DNA of 64,000 nucleotides from Escherichia coli (GTDB lineage Bacteria; Pseudomonadota; Gammaproteobacteria; Enterobacterales; Enterobacteriaceae): NCBI RefSeq assembly GCF_048403405.1, contig NZ_CP183129.1; one strand, 5' to 3'. Shown piece by piece: positions 31,536 to 42,589 of this stretch (position 1 is its first letter; each line of letters starts with the position of its first letter). The notes under the pieces were generated by a model. It saw only the letters and a program-made list of their open reading frames with translations, ran no database searches and was not told where the DNA came from. The position numbers and the translations under genes were made by a program.

Positions 31536-31704
31536 TCAGTCGATGTAAGCTGAAAATGTTCTGCCATCCAGAGACAACCGCCGCCCCCCTGCGGCGTTTA
31601 CTATTTCATCGCCCGCGTTAAGAATTCATTAAGCTTCATCCGTATACTCCTTATCTGTCGCACTGAATTTGACGAGAAAAAAAGCAATAATAAGGAACAA
31701 CAAG

Positions 31705-32547
31705 TTGAAAAAGCGCATCACCTTTATCGTTTTTCTTTGCGCCATCGTGGCGGTGAGCCTGTTTTTTGTGCAATCCTGCGTCCGTAAAAGCCAGCATGTC
31801 GCAGGGTTTCAGAATTATCAGGCCACTATCGATGGTAAAGAGATTACAGGAGTAACTAAAAATATCTCCTCACTGACCTGGTCAGCGCAGAGCAATACCT
31901 TATTTAGCACTATCAACAAACCTGCAACCATCGTTGAAATGACGACCGAGGGTGACCTGATCCGCACCATTCCGCTCGATTTTGTTAAGGATCTCGAGAC
32001 GATTGAATACATTGGTGATAATAAATTTGTCATCAGTGATGAACGTGACTACGCCATTTATGTGATTTCACTTAACGCTGAGTCGGAAGTAAGCATCCTC
32101 AAAAAAATTAAAATCCCATTGCAGGAAACACCAACTAACTGTGGCTTTGAAGGGCTGGCTTACTCCTCTCAGGACCATACCTTCTGGTTTTTTAAAGAGA
32201 AAAATCCGATAGAGGTCTACAAAGTAACCGGGCTATTGCGTAGCGATGAGTTGCATATCAGCAAAGATAAAGCGTTGCAGCGTCAGTTTACTTTAGACGA
32301 TGTTTCTGGCGCGGAATTTAACCCACATAAAAATACGTTGCTGGTGTTGTCACATGAGTCACGCGCCCTGCAGGAAGTGACCGTGACAGGTGACGTGATC
32401 GGCGAAATGTCGTTAACCAAAGGCAAGTATGGCCTTTCACACAACATCAAGCAGGCGGAAGGGATAGCGATGGATGACAGCGGCAACATCTATATCGTTG
32501 GCGAACCGAATCTTTTTTATCGCTTTACGTCGACAAAATCACGATAA
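31705..32547 (+). CDS. yjiK: SdiA-regulated-domain (beta-propeller) protein
   Basis: ORF open from TTG 31669; preferred start TTG 31705 after an AAGGAA RBS (start uncertain); N-terminal hydrophobic signal-like segment. Confidence 0.6.
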   Translation: MKKRITFIVFLCAIVAVSLFFVQSCVRKSQHVAGFQNYQATIDGKEITGVTKNISSLTWSAQSNTLFSTINKPATIVEMTTEGDLIRTIPLDFVKDLETIEYIGDNKFVISDERDYAIYVISLNAESEVSILKKIKIPLQETPTNCGFEGLAYSSQDHTFWFFKEKNPIEVYKVTGLLRSDELHISKDKALQRQFTLDDVSGAEFNPHKNTLLVLSHESRALQEVTVTGDVIGEMSLTKGKYGLSHNIKQAEGIAMDDSGNIYIVGEPNLFYRFTSTKSR

Positions 32548-32614
32548 CAGTCTGGCAGGTTCTCCTTTTTTGTTATTAACTTGTTAACTCAAAATAATAC
32601 AAACCAGGCAGAAC

Positions 32615-33793
32615 ATGAATTCGACATCGCATCCCGTAGAACGTTTTTCTTTCAGCACCGCGTTATTCGGGATGCTGGTTCTGACCTTAGGTATGGGTTT
32701 AGGCCGCTTTATCTATACGCCGATGCTGCCAGTCATGCTGGCGGAAGGCGAATTTTCCTTTAGCGAACTCTCATGGATCGCCAGTGGTAACTATGCCGGG
32801 TATCTGGCGGGGAGCCTGCTGTTTTCATTCGGCGCGTTTCATTTACCCTCACGCCTGCGCCCGTTCCTGTTAGCTTCCGCCCTCGCAACCGGATTATTAA
32901 TCCTCGCGATGGCGTGGCTACCGCCGTTTCTTCTGGTTTTCATCATTCGCTTTCTGGCGGGAGTCGCCAGCGCCGGGATGTTGATTTTCGGCTCAACGCT
33001 CATCATGCAACATACCCGCCATCCCTTTGTCCTTGCGGCGCTATTTTCTGGTGTTGGCGTCGGCATCGCTCTGGGCAATGAATATGTGCTGGCAGGCCTG
33101 CATTTTGCCCTCTCTTCACAAACGTTGTGGCAAGGTGCCGGAGCACTTTCTGCCATTATATTGCTTGCTCTGGCGCTGCTCATCCCGTCGAATAAACACG
33201 TTATCGCGCCAGCGCCATTGGCAAAAATCGCGCAACAACCCATGAGCTGGTGGTTACTGGCGATTCTGTATGGTCTGGCGGGTTTTGGTTATATCATCGT
33301 CGCCACCTACCTGCCGCTCATGGCGAAAGACGCGGGCCAGCCTGTGCTGACGGCTCACCTCTGGACACTGGTCGGCTTGTCGATTGTCCCAGGTTGCTTT
33401 GGCTGGCTGTGGGCAGCCAAACGGTGGGGAGCATTACCTTGCCTGACCGCGAATTTGCTGGTGCAGGCGATCTGCGTGCTGTTAACTCTCGCCAGCAGCT
33501 CTCCTTTATTACTCATCATCAGCAGTATTGGTTTTGGCGGCACCTTTATGGGGACGACCTCGCTGGTGATGACCATCGCCCGCCAGCTTAGCGTGCCGGG
33601 AAATCTTAACCTTTTGGGCTTTGTGACACTCATTTATGGTATCGGGCAAATTCTTGGCCCAGCGCTGACCAGCATGCTCGGCAACGGAACGTCGGCCCTC
33701 GCCAGTGCCACGCTCTGCGGCGCGGCGGCGCTATTTATCGCAGCATTAATCTGCGGGATGCAAATATTCAAATTGCATACGAATTATTCTTAA
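32615..33793 (+). CDS. yjiJ: DUF1228/MFS-like inner-membrane protein
   Basis: 392 aa, polytopic membrane protein beginning [21 protein letters not shown]. Confidence 0.85.
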   Translation: MNSTSHPVERFSFSTALFGMLVLTLGMGLGRFIYTPMLPVMLAEGEFSFSELSWIASGNYAGYLAGSLLFSFGAFHLPSRLRPFLLASALATGLLILAMAWLPPFLLVFIIRFLAGVASAGMLIFGSTLIMQHTRHPFVLAALFSGVGVGIALGNEYVLAGLHFALSSQTLWQGAGALSAIILLALALLIPSNKHVIAPAPLAKIAQQPMSWWLLAILYGLAGFGYIIVATYLPLMAKDAGQPVLTAHLWTLVGLSIVPGCFGWLWAAKRWGALPCLTANLLVQAICVLLTLASSSPLLLIISSIGFGGTFMGTTSLVMTIARQLSVPGNLNLLGFVTLIYGIGQILGPALTSMLGNGTSALASATLCGAAALFIAALICGMQIFKLHTNYS

Positions 33794-34003
33794 GTAATTT
33801 AACGAATTTAACTTTTCAGTACATCACGTAAAATAATTAAAACATCCTTTTTCTTTGGAGGTACTCAGCCACCGCCGTTATTAATCCTGGTTTAGCAACT
33901 CCACGGCTAATTCATTATTTCTGGTCATATTATAGTCAGGATCGCATTATATCTCCGTGCTAGAAAAAACAAGTTTAATTCTGTTTTTTCACGGAAGGTC
34001 ACT

Positions 34004-37000
34004 ATGGCTTCAACAAATGCGCATCAAATAAAAAATAATGATCAAAACTCTTTATGTGGTCTGGGTGACAAAATACGCCGCCTGACCGCCGGAGTTTGTT
34101 TATTTACCCAAATTTTTTTCCCCGTCATGGCGACGGCACAAAATGTGGTACATGCTAAACCTCAGACGACAGTTTCATCTGCCCCCCCTCTAATAGAAAA
34201 TAATACTGTGCCTTACACGCTTGGTGCGCTGGAATCAGCGCAAAGCGTTGCTGATCGATTCGGTATTTCACTGGAGGAGCTTCGTCGTCTTAATCAGTTC
34301 CGTACTTTTGCTCGCGGCTTTGATAACGTGCGCCAGGGTGAAGAGCTGGATGTTCCGGCAACAACCTTGCAGAAAAGTCATGAGCAACAAAATGCCGTAC
34401 CGCCTGCGAATGGCGAAAACACGCTGGAGAATCAAATAGCCAGCACTTCGCAGCGAGTTGGCACCCTGCTTTCACAAGATATGAATAGTGAGCAGGCCAG
34501 CGGCATGGCGCGTGGTTGGGCGTCTTCAGAAGCCTCAGGCGCGATGACTGATTGGTTAAATAACTTTGGCACTGCGAAAATCTCTCTGGGTGTGGATGAA
34601 GATTTCAGCCTGAAAAATTCGCAATTCGACTTCCTGCATCCGTGGTATGACACACCCGATTATCTGCTCTTCAGCCAGCATACCCTTCACCGAACAGACG
34701 ATCGTACCCAGATCAACACCGGTTTGGGCTGGCGTCATTTCACCCCCAGCTGGATGTCAGGCATCAACCTGTTTTTTGACCACGACCTGAGCCGCTATCA
34801 CTCCCGCGCGGGGCTTGGCGCAGAATACTGGCGTGATTATCTGAAGTTGAGCAGCAACGCTTATATCGGCCTGACCGGCTGGCGTAGCGCACCGGAATTG
34901 GATAATGACTACGAAGCCCGCCCGGCCAACGGCTGGGATTTACGCGCGGAAGGCTGGTTACCAGCCTGGCCACAACTGGGTGGAAAACTGGTCTATGAAC
35001 AATACTATGGTGATGAAGTGGCGCTGTTTGACAAGAATGATCGCCAAAGTAATCCCCATGCTATTACCGCGGGCCTCAACTATACCCCCTTCCCGCTTCT
35101 GACTCTCAGTGCGGAACAGCGTCAGGGGAAACAAGGTGAAAATGACACACGTTTTGCCGTTGATCTGACCTGGCAACCCAGCAGTTCAATGCAGAAACAG
35201 CTTAACCCGGACGAAGTGGCCGGACGGCGCAGTCTGGCCGGTAGTCGTTATGACCTGATTGATCGCAACAACAACATCGTTCTGGAATATCGCAAGAAAG
35301 AGCTGATTCGCCTGAGTCTACTGGATCCGGTGAAAGGAAAGTCTGGAGAAATAAAACCGCTGGTTTCCTCGATACAGACCAAATATGCCCTGAAAGGCTA
35401 TAACATCGAAGCCGCTGCGCTGGAAGCTGCCGGAGGTAAAGTCAGCACGTCTGGAAAAGATATCACGGTCACGCTGCCAGGTTACCGCTTTACTAACACT
35501 CCAGAAACCGATAATACATGGTCGATAGACGTTACCGCCGAGGATGTAAAAGGTAACCTGTCACGTCATGAACAAAGCATGGTCGTCATTCAGGCTCCGA
35601 CATTAAGCCAGAAAGATTCTCTGTTATCCGTTAATCCGCTAACCGTAGCTGCAGATAAAAAATCGACGACCACATTGACCGTTACTGCACACGATTCCGA
35701 CGGAACTCCGGTGCCGGGGCTGGCGCTGCAAACCCGCAGTGAAGGCGTTCAGGATATCACCCTGTCTGACTGGACAGATAACGGAGATGGTAGTTACACA
35801 CAGATGCTGACCGCCGGAACGACATCAGGTTCAGTAACACTGACGCCGCAAATTAACGGTGAGAGTGCGGTAAAAGAATCCATCGTCGTTAATATCGTCC
35901 CTGTTGTCTCATCCCGCGACCATTCATCAATAACAATAGATAACGTATCGTATTATGCCGGAGACGACATCAAGGTTAGGGTGGAACTGAAAGACGACAG
36001 CAATCAACCGGTTGCTTATCAAAAAGAGGAATTGGTAAAAGCCGTTACTGTCGAAAACAGCAAACCTGGAGCCACGATTGTCTGGCACGAAGAGCAGCCG
36101 GGGGTTTATGCCGCGAATTATCCGGCCCATAAGCAAGGGACAGCACTAAGGGCACAACTTAGCCTTCACAACTGGAATGCTCCACTGCAATCACATATTT
36201 ATAACATTGAGGCAAACCAGAATAAGGCTCGCGTCGCCACATTATCAGCGACGAATAATGACGTTTACGCCGATAAAAAGACATTTAATACCCTCACTAT
36301 CAACGTCACTGATGAGAGTGATAATCCCCTGACAAATCATCAGGTCACCTTTAAGAATGAAAAAGGAAGCGCTGAATTTGTCGAACCGCCGCAGCAAAAT
36401 ACGGATGCATATGGTGTTGCCACAATCAACATGGTAAGTCAGGTTGCGGAAGAAAATACGATTAGTGCCACGCTGCCAAATGGTTTCTCACAACGGATAA
36501 TTGCGAAATTCGTTAGCGATTCGAGTACGCCAAAATTCAAACAACTGGTTGCCGATCCAGATACCATTATTGCTGGCAACAGCCAGGGCAGTACTCTGAC
36601 CGCCACCGTCACAGACTTTCATAACAACCCGTTAAAAGATATGAAAGTGAATTTTGTGGCGCCTGGTGGCTCGCAACTGGACAACACGACCGCCACAACA
36701 GACCAGTCCGGTATTGTGCGAGTGCACCTGACCAGTTCAAAAGCTGGTAGCTATTCCGTCGATGCCTCGCTTGAGGCGGATAAAAATATTCACCAGTCGG
36801 TCACGATCACCGTGGTCCCAAACAGGGAACAATCGGTAATGACCTTGAATGCCGGGTCGGGCAGTGCGATCGCTAACAATACAAATACCGTTATCCTGAC
36901 AGCCAGTGTGAAAGATGTTTATGGACACCCGTTGCCGGATGAGGATGTGAAATTTACCTTGCCAGCCTCCATGACCGGGAACTTCACGCTAAGTAGTGAA

Positions 37001-39244
37001 ACCGCCCGCACCGATGCAAACGGCGATGCCGTGGTCACATTGCGTGGCACAAAAGCGGGTGAGTTTACAGTTACGGCGACGCTGACCAGAAATAATACCG
37101 TTGCTCATCAGCAAGTCACTTTTATTGGGGATACAAACAGCGCGCAGCTCCAGCCGCTGACTGCCTCATTAAATACCATTGTTGCGGGTAACAGTACGGG
37201 GAGTACCCTGACGGCAACGATCCTGGACGCTTACCAAAATCCGCTTAAAGACCAGCTGGTCACTTTCCAGAGTAACGATGTCACTCTAAGTGGAACAGAA
37301 GTCACCACCAATACACTGGGTCAGGCGACAGTAACAATGACCAGCAATATTGCCGGGCAACATAACGTCGTGGTGAGCCGGAAAGCGCAAGCCTCCGATA
37401 ATAAAACGTTTAGTTTATCAGTGCTGCCGGATGAAAGTTCGGCGAAGGTAATAAGTATAACCGGAGCCGAAAAAACGATAACGGTTGGCGAAAACATCAC
37501 GCTACGGATACTCGTCCAGGACGCGTTTAACAATGTAATAGCGGGTCAACGCGTCAGATTAAGTGCGCAGCCAACAGCTAACATTACGATAGGCGATACG
37601 GCTTACACTGATAATAACGGTTACGCGTACGTTAACCTTCTCAGCACCCAGCCTGGGGTTTATCAGGTGACGGCAACGCTGGACAATAACAGTAGTAGTA
37701 AGGTTGACGTGAATGTGGCAAATGGCAAGCTCGAGTTAACATCATCGAAGCCAGAAACCACGGTCCATAACAGTGAAGGTATTACGCTTACCGCAACGGC
37801 GAGAAATGCTCAGGATGAATTAATGCCTGGACAAATTATCACCTTTAGCGTAACGCCTGAAGGTGCAACGCTAAGCAATACAGGGGAAATACTTACTGAC
37901 CAGTATGGTCAGGCCAAAGTAACGCTGACCAGTGACAAAGTGAATGTCTATACCGTTACGGCCACAATGGGCAAAGATGTTCCCGTTCAGAGCCAGGTAA
38001 CGGTTGCGGTTAAGGCAGATGCTAAAACGGCACATGTGGTGAGCGTCGTGGCTTCTCCTGACACCATAACCGCCGACGGCATCGATAGCAGCACCGTCAC
38101 GTCACAAGTAGAAGATGATTACGGATTCCCGGTTGAAGGTGTCGATGTTCGTTACGCCTTAGACACCAAAGGTCGCCCGGTAGTTAATATTCCAACTACG
38201 CGTACCGATCAGTCCGGGCAAGTCACGGCGACAATAACCAGTACATTGGCAGAAACCTTAACGGTCAATGTGCAAGTTCCTGGTACAGCCAACCAATCCG
38301 CAGCTATTACCTTGCTTGCCAGCACGGCGGATGAAAGTAAGTCATTATTGAAATCCGACGTTGGCACTCTGATGGCTGACTACCAGCATAGCGCGAAACT
38401 TACGCTAACATTGCAAGACAAGTACGGTAATCCGATAGTGACGTCTGATCATCTGGAATTTGTCCAGTCAGGTCCCTTCGTGAACTTTCTCAAGTTGAGC
38501 GATATTGATTACAGCCAAAGAAATTATGGCGAGTACACCGTGACTGTCACTGGCGGAAAAGAGGGAACAGCGACTCTCATTCCCATGCTGAACGGGGTTC
38601 ATCAGGCAAACTTAAGCGTATCGCTGAATCTCATCCGCTCGATAAAAGAAATGTCCGGTCATGTCACTGCAAACAACCATACCTTCTCCACGGCTCAATT
38701 CCCGAGCGAAGGTTTTGCAGGAGCGTATTACACACTCAACAATGATAACTTTGAAGCGGGTAAAACCGTTGATGATTATATGTTTTCAAGTTCACAGAGT
38801 TGGGTGTCGGTCGATGCTTCAGGTAAGGTTTCTTTCGCAAATATCGGCGATCAAACGTCAGTCACAATAAGCGCTGTTCCCCGACAAGGAGGTACAACCT
38901 ACCAGACCTTAATTAAGCTGAAAGGCTGGTGGGTGAATAATGGAAATCATACCAATATCTGGCTAGCTGCCAATGCGCTCTGTCATGCTAAAAATGATGG
39001 ATATAATCTTCCTGGCATCACACATTTGACGTCTGGCGAAAACAAACGCACGCAGGGATCACTGTATGGTGAATGGGGGAACGTTGGAGCGTTTTCCAGT
39101 AATTCGCAATTTACACAAGGAGCTTACTGGACAAGTGAATCTGATGATTACAATCGGCACTACTATGTGCAGATGCTAACGGGTATGACTGGAAGCGACG
39201 CTGATTCCAGCCCCCAACTGACCGCCTGCCGTAAATCACTTTAA
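34004..39244 (+). CDS. Inverse autotransporter adhesin of the intimin/invasin family (LysM, beta-barrel, multiple Big_1 Ig-like repeats, C-terminal Cys-containing lectin-like domain)
   Basis: 1746 aa; signal-like N-terminus; LysM-like segment (YTLGALESAQSVADRFGISLEELRRLNQF); beta-barrel region rich in aromatic residues; more than ten roughly 100-aa repeats with the Big_1 signature (...TLTATV.D..GNP...); C-terminal domain with Cys pair (LCHAK ... LTACRKSL). Confidence 0.85.
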   Translation: MASTNAHQIKNNDQNSLCGLGDKIRRLTAGVCLFTQIFFPVMATAQNVVHAKPQTTVSSAPPLIENNTVPYTLGALESAQSVADRFGISLEELRRLNQFRTFARGFDNVRQGEELDVPATTLQKSHEQQNAVPPANGENTLENQIASTSQRVGTLLSQDMNSEQASGMARGWASSEASGAMTDWLNNFGTAKISLGVDEDFSLKNSQFDFLHPWYDTPDYLLFSQHTLHRTDDRTQINTGLGWRHFTPSWMSGINLFFDHDLSRYHSRAGLGAEYWRDYLKLSSNAYIGLTGWRSAPELDNDYEARPANGWDLRAEGWLPAWPQLGGKLVYEQYYGDEVALFDKNDRQSNPHAITAGLNYTPFPLLTLSAEQRQGKQGENDTRFAVDLTWQPSSSMQKQLNPDEVAGRRSLAGSRYDLIDRNNNIVLEYRKKELIRLSLLDPVKGKSGEIKPLVSSIQTKYALKGYNIEAAALEAAGGKVSTSGKDITVTLPGYRFTNTPETDNTWSIDVTAEDVKGNLSRHEQSMVVIQAPTLSQKDSLLSVNPLTVAADKKSTTTLTVTAHDSDGTPVPGLALQTRSEGVQDITLSDWTDNGDGSYTQMLTAGTTSGSVTLTPQINGESAVKESIVVNIVPVVSSRDHSSITIDNVSYYAGDDIKVRVELKDDSNQPVAYQKEELVKAVTVENSKPGATIVWHEEQPGVYAANYPAHKQGTALRAQLSLHNWNAPLQSHIYNIEANQNKARVATLSATNNDVYADKKTFNTLTINVTDESDNPLTNHQVTFKNEKGSAEFVEPPQQNTDAYGVATINMVSQVAEENTISATLPNGFSQRIIAKFVSDSSTPKFKQLVADPDTIIAGNSQGSTLTATVTDFHNNPLKDMKVNFVAPGGSQLDNTTATTDQSGIVRVHLTSSKAGSYSVDASLEADKNIHQSVTITVVPNREQSVMTLNAGSGSAIANNTNTVILTASVKDVYGHPLPDEDVKFTLPASMTGNFTLSSETARTDANGDAVVTLRGTKAGEFTVTATLTRNNTVAHQQVTFIGDTNSAQLQPLTASLNTIVAGNSTGSTLTATILDAYQNPLKDQLVTFQSNDVTLSGTEVTTNTLGQATVTMTSNIAGQHNVVVSRKAQASDNKTFSLSVLPDESSAKVISITGAEKTITVGENITLRILVQDAFNNVIAGQRVRLSAQPTANITIGDTAYTDNNGYAYVNLLSTQPGVYQVTATLDNNSSSKVDVNVANGKLELTSSKPETTVHNSEGITLTATARNAQDELMPGQIITFSVTPEGATLSNTGEILTDQYGQAKVTLTSDKVNVYTVTATMGKDVPVQSQVTVAVKADAKTAHVVSVVASPDTITADGIDSSTVTSQVEDDYGFPVEGVDVRYALDTKGRPVVNIPTTRTDQSGQVTATITSTLAETLTVNVQVPGTANQSAAITLLASTADESKSLLKSDVGTLMADYQHSAKLTLTLQDKYGNPIVTSDHLEFVQSGPFVNFLKLSDIDYSQRNYGEYTVTVTGGKEGTATLIPMLNGVHQANLSVSLNLIRSIKEMSGHVTANNHTFSTAQFPSEGFAGAYYTLNNDNFEAGKTVDDYMFSSSQSWVSVDASGKVSFANIGDQTSVTISAVPRQGGTTYQTLIKLKGWWVNNGNHTNIWLAANALCHAKNDGYNLPGITHLTSGENKRTQGSLYGEWGNVGAFSSNSQFTQGAYWTSESDDYNRHYYVQMLTGMTGSDADSSPQLTACRKSL

Positions 39245-39364
39245 TTTTAGTAGGTTATTAAGGATACCCTTGTGCGAGGGTATCCTTTCCGACTGATAAC
39301 AAACGCTACATTACCTGATGCGCTGCGCTTATCAGGCCTATATAACCCCTGCAATATATTGAAT

Positions 39365-39949
39365 TTATTGTTTTTGTACCCCAGCCGGCATGAACGGCCA
39401 CTCAAGAAACTCAACAGCAACCGTTGATGTCAGCCAGACCCCGTTTTCCGCTTGCCAGAAAGGGAGGCCTCGTTTCGCCATTTCCTGTGCTTTGACGGTT
39501 AAAATAACCGGCGATCCGTGTCTTGCTCCCACTTTGCGTGCCGTTGCTTCATCAGCAGAGAGATGCACGTAATGACGCTCCCCTGCAATCAGCCCCTGTT
39601 TTTTTATCTCGTCAAGGAAACGGCTTGCCGTACCGTGATAGAGAAACTGTGGCGGTGTTTTTTCGGCAAAGGAAATGGCGACCTGCGAAGTCGAATGCCC
39701 CTGAACCGCGCGAATGCACCTACCATCACTGGAATAACTAAAACGCTTTTTATCGCTGGTGGCAACTACAGTATCCAGCAATGCACGGGTTAACCGCTTG
39801 CCCGCTTTTTGGGCACAAAGTATGAGCTTATCGATATCCGCCCATCCTTCACGGTCCAGTACGATACCAATCGCCTCCGGTTTGTGTCGGAGGACAAAAC
39901 TTAAAAACTTGCTCGTATCCGCCAGCTCTTTTTCGTTGTACTTTGCCAT
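39365..39949 (-). CDS. kptA: RNA 2'-phosphotransferase (Tpt1/KptA family)
   Basis: Recognised as KptA ([30 protein letters not shown]...); the ORF track gives 194 aa, so the true start may be an internal Met. Confidence 0.8.
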   Translation of the reverse strand: MAKYNEKELADTSKFLSFVLRHKPEAIGIVLDREGWADIDKLILCAQKAGKRLTRALLDTVVATSDKKRFSYSSDGRCIRAVQGHSTSQVAISFAEKTPPQFLYHGTASRFLDEIKKQGLIAGERHYVHLSADEATARKVGARHGSPVILTVKAQEMAKRGLPFWQAENGVWLTSTVAVEFLEWPFMPAGVQKQ

Positions 39950-40198
39950 CTCGTTTTCGTCCCTGGATTTTCTGTTTTTATTTACTTATGTCATTGTCAC
40001 TGGGTTTATGAATTTACTGCAACTCAATCCTGCGCAGAACCTTTTCCCCATAGCGTAATTTTTCCGCTATGCAAAAAACGCATAGCCAGAAACATACTTG
40101 CATTTTCCCCATACCCACATGGCTGATAAGGTTTTTCAGCTCCAGGAATTTTCCTGGCTCAAGCAACACACAAACACAAAAAAACAATGGGGATTGTT

Positions 40199-40882
40199 AT
40201 GACACAACAAGGGGATGCTGTAGCCGGGGAGCTGGCGACAGAAAAAGTGGGCATTAAAGGGTATCTGGCTTTTTTTCTCACCATAATCTTTTTTTCCGGT
40301 GTTTTTTCCGGGACAGACAGTTGGTGGCGCGTTTTTGATTTTTCCGTGCTGAACGGATCGTTTGGGCAACTGCCTGGTGCGAACGGAGCCACCACCTCGT
40401 TTCGCGGCGCGGGTGGCGCGGGGGCTAAAGATGGTTTTCTCTTTGCGCTGGAGCTGGCACCGTCAGTCATTCTCTCTTTGGGGATTATTTCAATTACCGA
40501 TGGTCTTGGCGGATTACGCGCCGCGCAGCAGTTAATGACGCCAGTGCTAAAACCGTTGTTGGGCATTCCAGGGATCTGCTCGCTGGCGCTGATCGCTAAC
40601 CTGCAAAACACCGATGCCGCCGCCGGTATGACCAAAGAGCTGGCGCAGGAAGGTGAAATTACCGAACGCGATAAAGTGATTTTCGCCGCATATCAAACCA
40701 GCGGTAGCGCCATTATCACCAACTACTTCTCTTCCGGCGTCGCGGTGTTTGCCTTTCTGGGCACGTCCGTAATCGTACCTTTAGCAGTCATCCTGGTGTT
40801 TAAATTTGTCGGAGCCAACATTTTGCGCGTCTGGCTTAACTTCGAAGAACGTCGCAACCCAACGCAAGGAGCGCAAGCATGA
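40199..40882 (+). CDS. yjiH: Nucleoside-recognition/gate-domain membrane protein
   Basis: 227 aa from ATG 40199 (MTQQGDAVAGELATEK...); the ORF-track start is 4 codons upstream. Confidence 0.8.
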   Translation: MTQQGDAVAGELATEKVGIKGYLAFFLTIIFFSGVFSGTDSWWRVFDFSVLNGSFGQLPGANGATTSFRGAGGAGAKDGFLFALELAPSVILSLGIISITDGLGGLRAAQQLMTPVLKPLLGIPGICSLALIANLQNTDAAAGMTKELAQEGEITERDKVIFAAYQTSGSAIITNYFSSGVAVFAFLGTSVIVPLAVILVFKFVGANILRVWLNFEERRNPTQGAQA

Positions 40883-41340
40883 CAACTCAGGTCCGCAAAA
40901 ACGTCATGGATATGTTTATCGATGGCGCGCGCCGTGGCTTTACTATCGCCACCACCAACCTGCTGCCAAACGTGGTGATGGCGTTTGTCATCATTCAGGC
41001 GCTGAAAATTACCGGCCTGCTCGACTGGGTGGGGCATATCTGTGAACCGGTAATGGCGCTGTGGGGATTGCCAGGTGAAGCGGCAACCGTCCTTTTAGCC
41101 GCATTAATGAGTATGGGCGGCGCAGTCGGTGTTGCCGCCAGTCTGGCAACCGCTGGCGCATTAACCGGTCACGATGTCACCGTTTTACTGCCCGCGATGT
41201 ATTTAATGGGCAACCCGGTGCAAAATGTCGGTCGCTGCCTGGGGACAGCCGAAGTGAATGCCAAATATTACCCGCATATCATTACGGTCTGCGTGATTAA
41301 CGCATTGCTGTCGATCTGGGTTATGCAGCTTATTGTTTAA
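40879..41340 (+). CDS. yjiG: SpmB-like inner-membrane protein
   Basis: 153 aa; ATGA overlap with the yjiH stop (translational coupling). Confidence 0.85.
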   Translation: MTTQVRKNVMDMFIDGARRGFTIATTNLLPNVVMAFVIIQALKITGLLDWVGHICEPVMALWGLPGEAATVLLAALMSMGGAVGVAASLATAGALTGHDVTVLLPAMYLMGNPVQNVGRCLGTAEVNAKYYPHIITVCVINALLSIWVMQLIV

Positions 41341-41352
41341 CAAGGAGTTACC

Positions 41353-42525
41353 ATGATTGATTATACCGCAGCCGGTTTTACCCTGCTGCAGGGAGCGCAT
41401 TTGTATGCGCCGGAAGATCGGGGAGTTTGCGATGTCCTCGTCGCTAACGGCAAAATTATCGCCGTTGCCAGTAATATCCCTTCTGACATTGTACCGGACT
41501 GCACGGTTGTCGATCTCAGCGGGCAGATCCTCTGCCCAGGTTTTATTGATCAACACGTTCATTTGATTGGCGGTGGCGGTGAAGCAGGTCCCACGACGCG
41601 CACGCCGGAAGTGGCGTTAAGTCGTCTGACGGAAGCGGGCGTCACGTCAGTGGTTGGTCTGCTCGGCACTGACTCTATCTCTCGTCACCCGGAATCCCTG
41701 CTCGCCAAGACCCGTGCGCTCAATGAAGAAGGCATCAGCGCCTGGATGCTGACCGGCGCTTATCATGTCCCTTCCCGCACCATTACAGGTTCCGTGGAAA
41801 AAGACGTGGCGATTATCGATCGCGTGATTGGTGTGAAATGCGCCATCTCTGATCACCGTTCTGCCGCACCTGACGTTTATCACCTGGCTAATATGGCGGC
41901 GGAATCCCGCGTTGGCGGTTTGCTCGGCGGCAAATCTGGCGTCACCGTGTTCCACATGGGCGACAGCAAAAAGGCGTTACAGCCTGTCTATGACCTGCTG
42001 GAAAACTGCGATGTGCCGATCAGCAAGCTGCTGCCGACCCACGTTAACCGCAACGTTCCGTTGTTTGAGCAGGCGCTGGAGTTTGCACACAAAGGCGGCA
42101 CTATCGACATCACCAGCAGCATTGACGAACCGGTCGCCCCTGCCGAAGGTATTGCCCGCGCCGTTCAGGCCGGTATTCCGCTGGCACGCGTCACCCTCAG
42201 CTCCGACGGCAACGGTAGCCAGCCGTTCTTCGATGACGAAGGGAATTTAACCCATATCGGTGTTGCCGGTTTTGAAACGTTGCTGGAAACCGTGCAGGCG
42301 CTGGTCAAAGACTATGATTTCAGTATCAGCGATGCCCTGCGCCCGCTCACCAGTAGCGTAGCCGGTTTCCTTAACCTGAGCGGGAAAGGCGAAATTCTGC
42401 CAGGCAATGACGCAGACTTACTGGTCATGACGCCAGAATTGCGCATTGAGCAGGTATACGCTCGCGGCAAACTGATGGTCAAAGACGGCAAAGCCTGCGT
42501 GAAAGGAACGTTTGAAACGGCTTAA
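41353..42525 (+). CDS. iadA: Isoaspartyl dipeptidase
   Basis: 390 aa amidohydrolase-superfamily protein beginning MIDYTAAGFTLLQGAHLYAPEDRG. Confidence 0.9.
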   Translation: MIDYTAAGFTLLQGAHLYAPEDRGVCDVLVANGKIIAVASNIPSDIVPDCTVVDLSGQILCPGFIDQHVHLIGGGGEAGPTTRTPEVALSRLTEAGVTSVVGLLGTDSISRHPESLLAKTRALNEEGISAWMLTGAYHVPSRTITGSVEKDVAIIDRVIGVKCAISDHRSAAPDVYHLANMAAESRVGGLLGGKSGVTVFHMGDSKKALQPVYDLLENCDVPISKLLPTHVNRNVPLFEQALEFAHKGGTIDITSSIDEPVAPAEGIARAVQAGIPLARVTLSSDGNGSQPFFDDEGNLTHIGVAGFETLLETVQALVKDYDFSISDALRPLTSSVAGFLNLSGKGEILPGNDADLLVMTPELRIEQVYARGKLMVKDGKACVKGTFETA

Positions 42526-42589
42526 ACGGTTGTCAGTCGCCCGAATGGACGTAGAATGCCCGCTAGGGCGGCTGACAGAGTAAAACGTA

